A stretch of 64,000 nucleotides of DNA from an uncultured Anaeromyxobacter sp. (GTDB lineage Bacteria > Myxococcota > Myxococcia > Myxococcales > Anaeromyxobacteraceae). The stretch covers positions 17,052 to 81,051 of the forward strand of contig CAIVAR010000185.1 of the NCBI GenBank assembly GCA_903904005.1. Reading direction: 5' to 3'. Each line of letters begins with the position of its first letter. Within the stretch, counting starts at the first letter, position 1. The translations under genes and the position numbers were made by a program. Below, in pieces: positions 53,187 through 62,403 of this stretch. The notes beneath the pieces were generated by a model that was given only the letters and a program-made list of their open reading frames with translations, was not told the DNA's origin and ran no database searches.

Positions 53187-54098
53187 ATGTCCGCGGCCCT
53201 CGAGGCGCGCCGGATGGAGAAGCGCTTCGGCACGGTCGAGGCGCTCGCCGGCATGTCCTTCTCGGTGCGGTCCGGGGAGCTCTACGGCCTCGTCGGCCCC
53301 GACGGCGCCGGGAAGACCACCGCCATCCGGGCGCTCGCCGGCCTCCTCGACCTCGACGCCGGGGAGGCTCGCGTCCTCGACATGGACCCGCGGGCGGGCG
53401 GCGCGGTCCGCGAGGCGCTCGGGCTGCTGCCCCAGCAGTACAGCCTCTACCGGGACCTCACGGTGATGGAGAACCTCACCTTCTACTCCCGCCTCTACGT
53501 GCTCCCGCGCGACGTCTTCCGCCGCCGGGCCGAGCGGCTGCTCGCCATCACGCGGCTCGACCGCTTCACCGACCGGCGCGCCGATCAGCTCTCCGGCGGC
53601 ATGTACAAGAAGCTCGCGCTCGCAGCCGCGCTCCTGCACGAGCCGAAGGTGCTGCTCCTCGACGAGCCCACCAACGGCGTGGATCCCGTATCGCGCCGCG
53701 AGCTGTGGGCGCTCCTCCACGAGTTCGTGCAGGGCGGCATGGCGGTGCTGGTCTCCACCCCGTACATGGACGAGGCCGAGCGCTGCGATCGGGTGGGGCT
53801 CGCCTACCGCGGGCGGTTGCTCCTCGAGGGCGAGCCGGGGGCGCTGCTCGCCGGGTTCGACGAAGAGGCCTACGAGATCGCCGGGGGCGATCGTGAGCGG
53901 GTCGAGGCGGTGGTGGAGTCGCTTCCCGCGGTCCGGTCCATGTCCCCGGCCGGCTCCCGCCTGCGCGTGGACCTCGTGGCCGGTGGGCGCGAGGGGGTCG
54001 CCGCCGCGCTCGCGCCGCTCGGCGCCGAGCTTCGCCCGGTGGCCCCGAGCTTCGAGGACCTGTTCCTGTCCCGCCTCCAGGGGGAGCACGCCGCGTGA
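53187..54098 (+). CDS. ABC transporter ATP-binding protein (ABC-2/YbhF-type), first of two
   Basis: Walker A GPDGAGKTT, signature LSGGMYKK and Walker B LLLDEPT. Confidence 0.9.
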   Translation: MSAALEARRMEKRFGTVEALAGMSFSVRSGELYGLVGPDGAGKTTAIRALAGLLDLDAGEARVLDMDPRAGGAVREALGLLPQQYSLYRDLTVMENLTFYSRLYVLPRDVFRRRAERLLAITRLDRFTDRRADQLSGGMYKKLALAAALLHEPKVLLLDEPTNGVDPVSRRELWALLHEFVQGGMAVLVSTPYMDEAERCDRVGLAYRGRLLLEGEPGALLAGFDEEAYEIAGGDRERVEAVVESLPAVRSMSPAGSRLRVDLVAGGREGVAAALAPLGAELRPVAPSFEDLFLSRLQGEHAA

Positions 54099-55057
54099 AC
54101 GCCGCTCCCTCCATCGAGGCCGAGCACCTCTCCCGCCGCTTCGGCCAGTTCCTGGCGGTGGACGACGTCTCCTTCCACGTGGAGAAGGGGGAGATCTTCG
54201 GCTACCTGGGCGCGAACGGGGCCGGCAAGTCCACCACCATCCGCATGCTCATCGGCCTGCTCACCCCCTCCAGCGGCCGGGCCACGGTGGCTGGCCACGA
54301 CGTGGCGAGCGACCCGGAGGGCGTGAAGGCGGCCATCGGCTACATGTCGCAGAAGTTCTCGCTCTACCTCGACCTCCCGGTCGAGGAGAACCTGCGCTTC
54401 TTCGGGGGCGCCTACGGGCTCTGGGGAAAGGACCTCCAGCGGCGCGCCGACGAGGTCCTCGAGCTCACCGGCCTCGCCGAGCACCGCAAGGCCATCACCG
54501 GCTCGCTGCCCGGGGGCATCCGGCAGCGGCTCGCGCTGGGGAGCGCGGTCCTCCACCGCCCGTCCATCGTCTTCCTCGACGAACCCACCGCCGGTGTCGA
54601 TCCCGAGGCCCGCCGGTCCTTCTGGCGGCTCATCCGCGACCTGTCGCGGGGCGGCACGACGGTCTTCGTCACCACCCACTACCTCGACGAGGCCGAGTAC
54701 TGCCGCCGGATCGGGCTCATGGTGGACGGCCGGCTGGTGGCGCTCGACACCCCGGCCGAGCTGAAGCGGACCTGGGTCCCCGATCGCGTCCTCCTGGTCC
54801 GCGGCCGCAACCTCTCGGCCGGCGCGGCGTCTCTCCGCGGCCGCCCCGGGGTCCGGGCCGTCGAGCCGTTCGGCGCCGGGCTCCACCTGCGCGTCGCCCC
54901 GGAGGCCTGGACCGGCGAGGCCGTGCGGTCCGCCCTCGAGGCGAGCGGCGGGGAGGGGGTCTCGGTCGAGGTGGTCGAGCCCACGCTCGAGGACGTGTTC
55001 CTCGCGGTGGTGGGTCGCGGCGCCGAGGCGCAGGCGGCACAGGAGGTCGTGCCGTGA
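54095..55057 (+). CDS. ABC transporter ATP-binding protein (ABC-2/YbhF-type), second of two
   Basis: Walker A GANGAGKST, signature LPGGIRQR and Walker B VFLDEPT. It overlaps the upstream stop. Confidence 0.9.
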   Translation: MNAAPSIEAEHLSRRFGQFLAVDDVSFHVEKGEIFGYLGANGAGKSTTIRMLIGLLTPSSGRATVAGHDVASDPEGVKAAIGYMSQKFSLYLDLPVEENLRFFGGAYGLWGKDLQRRADEVLELTGLAEHRKAITGSLPGGIRQRLALGSAVLHRPSIVFLDEPTAGVDPEARRSFWRLIRDLSRGGTTVFVTTHYLDEAEYCRRIGLMVDGRLVALDTPAELKRTWVPDRVLLVRGRNLSAGAASLRGRPGVRAVEPFGAGLHLRVAPEAWTGEAVRSALEASGGEGVSVEVVEPTLEDVFLAVVGRGAEAQAAQEVVP

Positions 55058-56196
55058 CGCTCTCCGGAAGCCCGTCCGGGCGTTTCCTCGCCCGCGTGGG
55101 GGCCATCTCCTGGAAGGAGACCCTCCACATCCGGCGCGACCCCCGGACCCTGCTGCTCGCGCTCGCCATGCCGGTGGTGATGCTGCTCCTCTTCGGTTAC
55201 GGGGTGAGCTTCGACGTCGACCGCATCCCGCTCGCCGTCTCCGACCAGGACCGCACCGAGGCCTCGCGCCGGCTGGCCCTGGCCTTCACCGAGAACCACG
55301 AGTTCCAGCCGGTGGGCGGGGCCGAGGCCGACGCCGCGGACACGATCTTCCGCCGCCACCGGGCCCAGGCCATCCTGGTCATCCCCCAGGGCTTCGAGAA
55401 GGACCTGGCGCGCGGCGGGCCGGCGCGGGCCCAGCTCCTCCTCGACGCCGCCGACCCGGTCACCGCCAGCCAGGTCCTCAACAAGGCGGATGCCATCGCC
55501 CTCTCCGAGAGCCGGCGGGTGGCGGCGGGCCCGGGCATCTCCGCCGCTCCCCCACTTCAAGTGAAGGTGTCGTCCCGCTACAACCCGGAGGCACGCTCGG
55601 CGGTCTTCATCGTGCCCGGGCTGGCGGCCTACCTCATGGCCATCAGCGCGGTCCTGCTGACCGCGCTCACCGTGGCCGGCGAGTGGGAGCGGGGCTCCAT
55701 GGAGCAGCTCTTCGCCTCGCCGGTGAGCCGGCTCGAGATCGTGCTGGGCAAGCTCTTTCCCTACCTGATCGTCGGCCTCATCCAGCTCCTGCTCGTCCTG
55801 GGGGTCGGCACCAACGTCTTCGACGTGCCCATCCTGGGAAGCCCGCTCCTCGTCATCCTGGCCGGGACCCTCTTCCTGGCCGGGATGCTCGGACAGGGGC
55901 TCCTCATCTCGGTGCTGGCGAAGAACCAGCTCGTGGCCACACAGGCCGGCAGCCTGTCGTCGCTGCTCCCCTCGCTGCTCCTCTCCGGCATGCTCGTTCC
56001 CATCGACAACATGCCGGCGGTGCTGCGCCTGATCTCGCGGGTCGTGCCCGCCCGGTACATGGTGGACGCGCTCCGGCAGATCCTGCTCAAGGGGAACGGC
56101 TTCGCGCAGGTCTGGCCCGACCTCCTCGCCATGCTGGTGTTCGCGGTGGTGATCGTGGCGCTCGCCACGTTCCGTTTCAAGAGGAGGATCGCGTGA
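55054..56196 (+). CDS. ABC-2 type transporter permease (YbhS/YbhR-like)
   Basis: GTG start overlaps the upstream stop (GTGA). N-terminal TM, a large periplasmic loop, then 5 TMs. WKETLHIRRDPRTLLLAL is the typical ABC-2 N-terminus. Confidence 0.85.
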   Translation: MTLSGSPSGRFLARVGAISWKETLHIRRDPRTLLLALAMPVVMLLLFGYGVSFDVDRIPLAVSDQDRTEASRRLALAFTENHEFQPVGGAEADAADTIFRRHRAQAILVIPQGFEKDLARGGPARAQLLLDAADPVTASQVLNKADAIALSESRRVAAGPGISAAPPLQVKVSSRYNPEARSAVFIVPGLAAYLMAISAVLLTALTVAGEWERGSMEQLFASPVSRLEIVLGKLFPYLIVGLIQLLLVLGVGTNVFDVPILGSPLLVILAGTLFLAGMLGQGLLISVLAKNQLVATQAGSLSSLLPSLLLSGMLVPIDNMPAVLRLISRVVPARYMVDALRQILLKGNGFAQVWPDLLAMLVFAVVIVALATFRFKRRIA

Positions 56197-57344
56197 GCGC
56201 GGAGCGGCGCCCGTCCCGGGCCTGGATCCAGTACGTCGCCGTGGTGCGCAAGGAGGTCCTCCAGACGCTCCGGGACCGGCGCGTCATGTTCATGCTCATC
56301 TTCGCGCCGTTCCTGCAGACGCTGGTCCTGGGATTCGCGGTGGACTTCGACGTCGACCGGGTGCCCACCGTGGTCGCCGACCAGGATCGCAGCCAGGAGA
56401 GCCGGACCCACCTGCGCCGGGTGCTCGCCGACGGGACGCTGCACTTCGCCGGGGGAGCGGACAGCGCCGAGCAGGGGGCTGCCGCGCTCGACGACGGAAC
56501 GGCGGCGGCGGTGCTGGTCATCCCACCCCGCTTCGGCGCCGACGTGGCGGCGGGGCGGCCGGCCCAGGTCCAGATGGTCCTCGACGGGACCGACCCCAAC
56601 CGCTCCAACGTGGCCGCCGGTGCGGTCTCCCGCTACTTCGGGGAGGACGCCCTGCGGCGTGCCAGCGAGCGCGCCCGGGCCGCCGGCGTGCCCCCCCCGG
56701 CCCGCGTCGAGATCGTCCCCCGGCTCTACTACAACCCCGGGCTGAAGAGCGCGCCCTACATCGTGCCCGGCATCGCGGCCATGCTGCTCGTGGTCGTCAC
56801 CACGCTCGTCACAGCCATGGGGCTGGCGCGCGAGCGGGAGCAGGGAACCCTGGAGCAGGTGGCGGTGACGCCCGTCCCGGCATCGGTGCTGCTCGCCGCG
56901 AAGATGACCCCGTTCGTCTTCATCGGCTTCTTCGACGTGCTGCTCCTCGTCACCGTCGGCACCTGGGTCTTCGGCGTCCCCCTGCGGGGAAACCTGTCGG
57001 TGCTGGCGCTCGCCACGCTCCTCTACCTGCTCTCCACGCTGGGCGTCGGCCTGCTCATCTCGACCATCTCGGCGAACCAGCAGCAGGCCTTCCTGGGCGG
57101 CTTCCTCTTCACGCTCCCGGCCATGTTGCTCTCCGGGATCATGACGCCCGTCGACTCGATGCCGCGCTGGATGCAGGTGCTGACCTACGCGAACCCGCTG
57201 CGCTACTTCCAGGAGATCGCCCGCTCCAACCTCCTCAAGGGAGGGGGCTTCGCCGATCTCTGGCCGCAGCTGGTGGCGCTGGCGTTCTTCGGCACGGTGA
57301 TCTTCGGCCTGGCCGCGGCCCGGTTCCGCAAGCGGTCCGCGTAG
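56193..57344 (+). CDS. ABC-2 type transporter permease (YbhS/YbhR-like), paralog
   Basis: GTG start overlaps the upstream stop (GTGA). VRKEVLQTLRDRRVMFMLIF, with the same topology as the preceding gene. Confidence 0.85.
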   Translation: MSAERRPSRAWIQYVAVVRKEVLQTLRDRRVMFMLIFAPFLQTLVLGFAVDFDVDRVPTVVADQDRSQESRTHLRRVLADGTLHFAGGADSAEQGAAALDDGTAAAVLVIPPRFGADVAAGRPAQVQMVLDGTDPNRSNVAAGAVSRYFGEDALRRASERARAAGVPPPARVEIVPRLYYNPGLKSAPYIVPGIAAMLLVVVTTLVTAMGLAREREQGTLEQVAVTPVPASVLLAAKMTPFVFIGFFDVLLLVTVGTWVFGVPLRGNLSVLALATLLYLLSTLGVGLLISTISANQQQAFLGGFLFTLPAMLLSGIMTPVDSMPRWMQVLTYANPLRYFQEIARSNLLKGGGFADLWPQLVALAFFGTVIFGLAAARFRKRSA

Positions 57345-57348
57345 CCGC

Positions 57349-57891
57349 TCAACCCCGCGGCGGGTGGCGCCAGACGTTCGCCACCGGATCGCACGAGGCC
57401 GGGCCCGACGCGTCGTAGCCGGGCCGACCCACCAGGTCCTCGGCGAGCGCTGTGAAGTCCATCCAGCGCGGGTCGGCGTGATCGGCGTCGCCGATCACCG
57501 CGTGGCCGACCTCGTGGACGAGCACCGTGGCCTCGACGCAGGACACGGTTCGACCGGCGTCCTGGGTGCTGAGCCGGATGTCGCCGTCGTAGCAACCGGT
57601 GGAGCCGTCGTTGCCGGCGCACGCCACGTGCGACGTGCCCTCGAAGACGATGGTGGTGCCGGCGAGGCGCGACCAGGAGCCGCCCCAGTAGCGGAGGGCT
57701 GCATCGAGCGTGCTCTCGACCCGGGCCGGGAAGTCGACGCTGCGCGTGAAGGCGGCGTCGGTGCGGAGGACGACGGCGGCGTCCCGGACCACGAAGTCCG
57801 GCTCCTGCCCGGGATCCGGCCGGACGCCGCCGCAGGCGACGAGCGCGAGCAGCGGGACCGCGAACCAGGACCTTTCGAGAAGTTGCGCCAT
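57349..57891 (-). CDS. Lipoprotein with HExxH zinc-metallopeptidase motif
   Basis: Start trimmed to MAQLLERSWFAVPLLALVACGG (lipobox). Contains VLVHEVGHAV. Otherwise no recognisable family. Confidence 0.6.
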   Translation of the reverse strand: MAQLLERSWFAVPLLALVACGGVRPDPGQEPDFVVRDAAVVLRTDAAFTRSVDFPARVESTLDAALRYWGGSWSRLAGTTIVFEGTSHVACAGNDGSTGCYDGDIRLSTQDAGRTVSCVEATVLVHEVGHAVIGDADHADPRWMDFTALAEDLVGRPGYDASGPASCDPVANVWRHPPRG

Positions 57892-58016
57892 CTGCTTCGC
57901 CGTGCCTCCTGTGGGGACCTTAGGCGGCGGCGGAACATGTAGGTAGACGTGGGGTCGAGGGTCACACGCGCGCGTGACCCGCATTCCCGGGGCACGGCAC
58001 ATGCAAGCACCTGAAA

Positions 58017-58832
58017 TTACAGGCGCCTGTGCTTTAGCGCCGGAAGCTCCTGCCGGGCCTTCTCCATCCGCGCGCGGTCGAAGCGGGCCACGCAGACCCC
58101 CTCGCCGTCCGGGCAGCGGGCGAGCACCGTCCCCCAGGGATCCACGACCATGGCGTTCCCGTAGGTGAGCCGGTTGGCCGAGTGGCGCCCCACCTGCGCC
58201 GGGGCGACCACGTAGCAGAGGTTCTCGATGGCCCGGGCCCGGAGGAGGACCTCCCAGTGGTCCTTGCCGGTGAAGAGGGTGAAGGCCGCCGGGATGAAGA
58301 CCACCTCGGCGCCCAGGGAGGCGAGCTGCCGGTAGAGTTCCGGGAAGCGCAGGTCGTAGCAGATGGTCAGCCCGAGCCGACCCATCGGCGTGGGGGCGAG
58401 GACCGCCTTGTCCCCGGGGGCGACCGTCTCGCTCTCGGCGTATCGCGCGCCGTCCGGGATGTTGACGTCGAAGAGGTGGATCTTCCGGTAGGCCGCCGCG
58501 ATCGATCCGTCCTCGGCGATGAGCACGCTCGTGTTCGCGGTCTTCCCGGGTTCATCGACCTTCTCGGCCACCGACCCGGCGACGATCCAGATCCGGCGGG
58601 CCCGCGCGACTTCTCGGATGGCGCCCAGGGTCGGACCCTCGAGCGGCTCTGCGGTGGCGATCCGCTCCTCGTCCCTCCCCATGAAGGCGAAGTTCTCGGG
58701 GAGCCCGACCAACGTCGCTCCCAGGTCGGCCGCCTCGTTCAGGAGCCGGATCGCGGTGGCCATGTTCCGGGCCCGGTCCGCGGTGGAGGTCATCTGCACG
58801 GCACCCAGGAGGTACGTCGCCGGTGGGGGCAT
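58017..58832 (-). CDS. Carbon-nitrogen hydrolase (nitrilase superfamily, Nit/omega-amidase-like)
   Basis: Glu-Lys-Cys triad contexts: GLPENFAF, YRKIHLFD and ICYDLRFPELY. Confidence 0.85.
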   Translation of the reverse strand: MPPPATYLLGAVQMTSTADRARNMATAIRLLNEAADLGATLVGLPENFAFMGRDEERIATAEPLEGPTLGAIREVARARRIWIVAGSVAEKVDEPGKTANTSVLIAEDGSIAAAYRKIHLFDVNIPDGARYAESETVAPGDKAVLAPTPMGRLGLTICYDLRFPELYRQLASLGAEVVFIPAAFTLFTGKDHWEVLLRARAIENLCYVVAPAQVGRHSANRLTYGNAMVVDPWGTVLARCPDGEGVCVARFDRARMEKARQELPALKHRRL

Positions 58833-58858
58833 GGATTCTCCTTACCACGGTCTGGTGT

Positions 58859-59458
58859 ATGCTCCGCTCGCTCCCGATGCGCCGGTTCTACACCACATTC
58901 GAGGCGGCCCACGTCCTCGGCGTATCCCTGCCGACGGTCGTGAACTGGATCAAGGCCCGCCGCCTGAAGGCGCACCGCACGCCCGGTGGCCACCGCCGGA
59001 TCGCGCGCGAGGAACTCGCCGCCTTCATGTCCCGCCACGGCATGCCCATGCCCGACGAGCTCGAGGGTGCGGTGGACACCCGCCGCAAGGCGCTCGTCGT
59101 CGGCGAGGCGGGCTCGGCGGTCGACCACGTCGTCCGGCAGCTCCAGGCGGCGGGCATCGTCGCCCAGCCGGCCATCCCGGGCTTCTCCGCCGGGCTCGCC
59201 GCGGCGCGCTTCACCCCCGACGTGGTGGTGCTCGTCGACCCCCCGGGGGACGGGGGGGAGACCTTCGCCGGGTTGCGCAACGACCTCGCGCTCGCCTCCG
59301 TCCCGGTCGTCGCCGCGGCCCGGGCCGAGCACGTCCAGAGGCTCCGGGCCATCGGATGCGCGCGGGTGCTCGCGTCGCCCATCCCGGACGGCGCGCTCGC
59401 CGAGGCCGCCTCCGAGGTGGTCGCCACCGCCGCGGCGACCCCGCGCCGCCGCACGTAG
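58859..59458 (+). CDS. Excisionase/MerR-type HTH DNA-binding protein fused to a degenerate receiver-like domain
   Basis: FYTTFEAAHVLGVSLPTVVNWIKARRLKAHRTPGGHRRI is HTH_17-like. The C-terminal ~120 aa have a receiver-like beta-alpha pattern that keeps VVVLVD but lacks the acidic pair and the conserved Lys. Start options are 58823, 58859 and 58877. Confidence 0.65.
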   Translation: MLRSLPMRRFYTTFEAAHVLGVSLPTVVNWIKARRLKAHRTPGGHRRIAREELAAFMSRHGMPMPDELEGAVDTRRKALVVGEAGSAVDHVVRQLQAAGIVAQPAIPGFSAGLAAARFTPDVVVLVDPPGDGGETFAGLRNDLALASVPVVAAARAEHVQRLRAIGCARVLASPIPDGALAEAASEVVATAAATPRRRT

Positions 59459-59464
59459 CGCGCC

Positions 59465-61123
59465 TTGTCCCGGCTCCTCCTCACCGCGTTCCTGCTCGCG
59501 CTCGCCGCCTCGCCGGCGTGGGGCGCGCCGCCGGTCCGTTCCGCCTCGGCCCGGGCCTACGCCTCCTACCTGGCCGGACGGCTCGCCGAGCAGGAGGGCG
59601 ACTGGCGCGCCGCCGTCGCCGCCTACCGAGCCGCCGTCGAGGCCGATCCCCGAGCCCCCGCGCTCCGTGTGGCGCTCGCCGAGGGCCAAGCCCGCACCGG
59701 GGACGTCCCCGGCGCCGAGGCCGAGGCCGGCAAGGCCATCGCACTCGACCCGGCGGGCCCCGCCGCCGCCGAGGCCTGGCTCATCCTGGGGAAGACCGCC
59801 ACCGTCTCAAGGCGCCCGGCCGACGCCCAGCGCGCCCTGCGGGCCGCCATCGAGGTCCAGTCGGCGCTCGCCGCGAAGCGGCCGCCCGGGCAGGCCCCGA
59901 TCGACCCGGATCCCTGGCGGATCCTGGCCCAGCTCCGGCTCGACGCCGGTGACGACGCGGGGGCCGAGGCCCTCCTCGAGGACCTCGCCCGGCGCCTCCC
60001 GGCGGACGGCGCGGCCGCGCTCCGGGACCTGGGGCGGGTTCACGCGGAGCGAAGGGAGCTGGACCGGGCCGCGGCCCTGTACCGGAAGGCCGTCGCCGTG
60101 GAGCGGCGGGACGTCGAGGCCTGGCGCCGGCTGGCCGGGATCGAGGAGTCGAGGCGCCGGTTCGACGAGGCCCGGCTGGCCTGGGAGGGGCTCGTCCGGC
60201 AGGATCCCGACGACCCCGAGGCGCTCGTGGGGCTGGGACGCCTCGCGCTCCGCTCCGGGAAGGTCGACGCCGGCCGGGCCTTCTTCGGCCAGGCCCTCCA
60301 CGTGGGCGGCGACGACGTGGAGGTGCGGACGCGCATCGCCTTCGCCTGGCTCGACGCGCGCAAGCCTGCCGAGGCGATCGCGGTCGTGGACGAGGGGCTC
60401 CGGGGCTCGGCGGACGGCAGGCTGCTCTACGTCCGGGGGCTCGGGTTGCGGGAGGAGCGGCGCTGGGAGGAGGCCGCCGCGTGCTTCGGCGCCGTGGCCA
60501 CGGGGGACACCGAACTCGACGTGGCCGCCATCGCCGCCCGCGCCAGCGTCCTCGAGCGTTCCGGGCGGGCCGGGGAGGCGGTGGCCTACCTCCAGGACGC
60601 GCTCGTCCGCCGTCCCGGCAACGAGCGACTGATCTTCGCGTTGGGCGTGGCGCAGGAGCGGGCCGGCGATCGGGTCCTCGCCATCGCCACCATGCGCCGG
60701 CTCCTCGAGGAGTCCCCGGGGAACGCGGAGGCGCTGAACTTCGTGGGCTACACGCTCGCCGAGCGGGGCGAGCGGCTCGACGAGGCCGAGGTCCTGGTGG
60801 GGCGCGCGCTCCGGATCGAGCCGGACAACGGCTCCTTCCTCGACTCGCTCGGGTGGATCCAGTTCCAGCGCGGCGAGGTCGAGACCGCCGTCGCCACGCT
60901 CGAGCGGGCCGACGTGCTCGCCGGCCCCGAGCCCACCATCCTCGAGCACCTGGGGGAGGCCTACCGGCGCGCCCGGCGGGACGACGACGCGGCGCGCGCC
61001 TTCCGGCGGGCGCTCCAGGCGCTCGACGACGGCGCCGAGCCCGACCAGCCCGGCCAGCGCGCCGGCATCGAGAAGAAGCTTCGCGAACTGCCGGGCGGCG
61101 AGGTCCGCCCGGACCGGAGGTGA
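59465..61123 (+). CDS. Secreted TPR-repeat protein
   Basis: TTG start. Signal peptide MSRLLLTAFLLALAASPAWG, followed by many Ala/Leu/Arg-rich TPR-like helical hairpins. Confidence 0.8.
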   Translation: MSRLLLTAFLLALAASPAWGAPPVRSASARAYASYLAGRLAEQEGDWRAAVAAYRAAVEADPRAPALRVALAEGQARTGDVPGAEAEAGKAIALDPAGPAAAEAWLILGKTATVSRRPADAQRALRAAIEVQSALAAKRPPGQAPIDPDPWRILAQLRLDAGDDAGAEALLEDLARRLPADGAAALRDLGRVHAERRELDRAAALYRKAVAVERRDVEAWRRLAGIEESRRRFDEARLAWEGLVRQDPDDPEALVGLGRLALRSGKVDAGRAFFGQALHVGGDDVEVRTRIAFAWLDARKPAEAIAVVDEGLRGSADGRLLYVRGLGLREERRWEEAAACFGAVATGDTELDVAAIAARASVLERSGRAGEAVAYLQDALVRRPGNERLIFALGVAQERAGDRVLAIATMRRLLEESPGNAEALNFVGYTLAERGERLDEAEVLVGRALRIEPDNGSFLDSLGWIQFQRGEVETAVATLERADVLAGPEPTILEHLGEAYRRARRDDDAARAFRRALQALDDGAEPDQPGQRAGIEKKLRELPGGEVRPDRR

Positions 61124-62004
61124 ACGTGGCCGTCCCCGTCTTTCCCGGATCCGATCTCGCCCGCCACACCCAGGGAACCCTGCGCCCGCCCGGCGGTCCC
61201 GATCTCCACTGGGAGCGCTACACCCCGCCCACCCCCCGGTCGACGGTCCTCGTCCTGCACGGCGCCGGCGATCACCTGGGGCGCTACGCCGGGATCGCCG
61301 ACGCCCTGGTGCGGGCCGGGCACGAGGTGGCGCTCCTCGACTTCCGCGGCCACGGGCGCTCGGGAGGCAAGCGCTGGTACGTGGACCGCTTCGAGGACTA
61401 CCTGGTCGACCTGGACGCCTTCGCGGCCCTGGTCCGGTCCGAGGCGGCGGGACGGAAGATCTTCGTCGTGGCCCACAGCCAGGGCGGGCACATCGCGGCC
61501 CACTGGGCGCTGCGCGGCGGCCGGTCGGTGGACGGGTTCGTCCTCTCGAACCCCTACTTCCGCCTCGCCATCGACCCGCCCAAGATCAAGATCTGGTCGG
61601 CGCTCCTCATGGGGAAGTTCATCCCCCACCTGCCGGTCGACGCCGGGCTCGAGCTCGCCACCCTGACCAGCGACGCGGAGATGCAGGCCTGGAGCGACTC
61701 CGACCCGCTGTACCTCCGGAAGGCGACGCCGCGCTGGTTCACCGAGTCGGGGAGGGCCCAGGCCGACCTGCGCCGGGACATGGCCCGCTTCGACCGGCCG
61801 CTGCTCCTCCTGCTCGGCACGGGCGACCGGATCGCCGACGGCGCCGCGGCGACCGAGTTCTTCGCTGCGGCCGCCTCGCCCGACAAGACGCTCCAGGAGT
61901 ACGTCGGGTTCGAGCACGAGATCTTCAACGAGCGGGAGCGCGCCCGCCCCATCGCCGACGCCGTGGACTGGATCTCCGCGCGGAGTGGCGGAGGAACGCA
62001 TTGA
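61120..62004 (+). CDS. Alpha/beta hydrolase, lysophospholipase/monoacylglycerol-lipase-like
   Basis: VLVLHGAGDH, HGRSGG, nucleophile elbow AHSQGG, and C-terminal GTGDRIAD and FEHEIFNE. The GTG start overlaps the TPR stop; an alternative GTG lies at 61126. Confidence 0.8.
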   Translation: MNVAVPVFPGSDLARHTQGTLRPPGGPDLHWERYTPPTPRSTVLVLHGAGDHLGRYAGIADALVRAGHEVALLDFRGHGRSGGKRWYVDRFEDYLVDLDAFAALVRSEAAGRKIFVVAHSQGGHIAAHWALRGGRSVDGFVLSNPYFRLAIDPPKIKIWSALLMGKFIPHLPVDAGLELATLTSDAEMQAWSDSDPLYLRKATPRWFTESGRAQADLRRDMARFDRPLLLLLGTGDRIADGAAATEFFAAAASPDKTLQEYVGFEHEIFNERERARPIADAVDWISARSGGGTH

Positions 62005-62402
62005 CCGGGGAGCGGAGCGCCTCCTATCCTGCCCCACCAGGGAGACACGCCACGTCCACCGACACCGACAGCACCCGCAGCGTAGCCGAGGAAGCGCCCA
62101 CCGTCGTCGCGCCGGGGACCTCCGTGGAGGGAGACGTCCAGGGTCCCGGGGGCCTGGTGGTGAAGGGAAGCCTGCGCGGACGGGCGTCGATGGGGGGCAC
62201 GGTCCGGATCGAGGCCGGCTCCTCCGTGCAGGCCGACATCCGCGCGCCCCGTGTCGTCATCGTCGACGGGGCCTCGTTCCAGGGCGAGGTCGACACCTCG
62301 GGGGCGGAGCCTCCGGACGCGCCCGGCGCCGACGGCGGGACCGGGTCGCCGGGCGACGACCTCTCCGCGTTGCGGCGACGCATCCGGCTGCGCGGGGCGT
62401 AG
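62001..62402 (+). CDS. Bactofilin family cytoskeletal protein
   Basis: Beta-helical bactofilin core VVAPGTSVEGDVQGPGGLVVKGSLRGRASMGGTVRIEAGSSVQADIRAPRVVIVDGASFQGEV, flanked by disordered tails. The TTG start overlaps the upstream stop. Confidence 0.8.
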   Translation: MTGERSASYPAPPGRHATSTDTDSTRSVAEEAPTVVAPGTSVEGDVQGPGGLVVKGSLRGRASMGGTVRIEAGSSVQADIRAPRVVIVDGASFQGEVDTSGAEPPDAPGADGGTGSPGDDLSALRRRIRLRGA

Positions 62403-62403
62403 C

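Noticed and set aside
51841-53896. ORFs 51841..53184 (-) and 53027..53896 (+) reading through the 177-nt palindromic element
   Set aside because: They overlap the HlyD-like and ABC ATPase genes out of frame, and their translations are low-complexity. The element is treated as non-coding.
57960-57979. Near-perfect 20-nt palindrome ggtcacacgcgcgcgtgacc between the nitrilase-family gene and the HExxH lipoprotein gene
   Set aside because: It could be a terminator or an operator, but no U-tract follows on the minus strand, and GC-rich palindromes of this size are common at this base composition. Nothing discriminates between the possibilities.
58823-59458. The excisionase-family HTH as evidence of a prophage or integrative element
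   Set aside because: There is no integrase, recombinase, att-like repeat, tRNA or phage gene nearby. The HTH is fused to a receiver-like domain and flanked by housekeeping genes.
59781-61169. 462-aa antisense ORF across the TPR gene
   Set aside because: Extremely Arg/Pro/Ala-rich (a poly-RRP type translation), so it is a shadow of the Ala/Leu/Arg-rich TPR gene.
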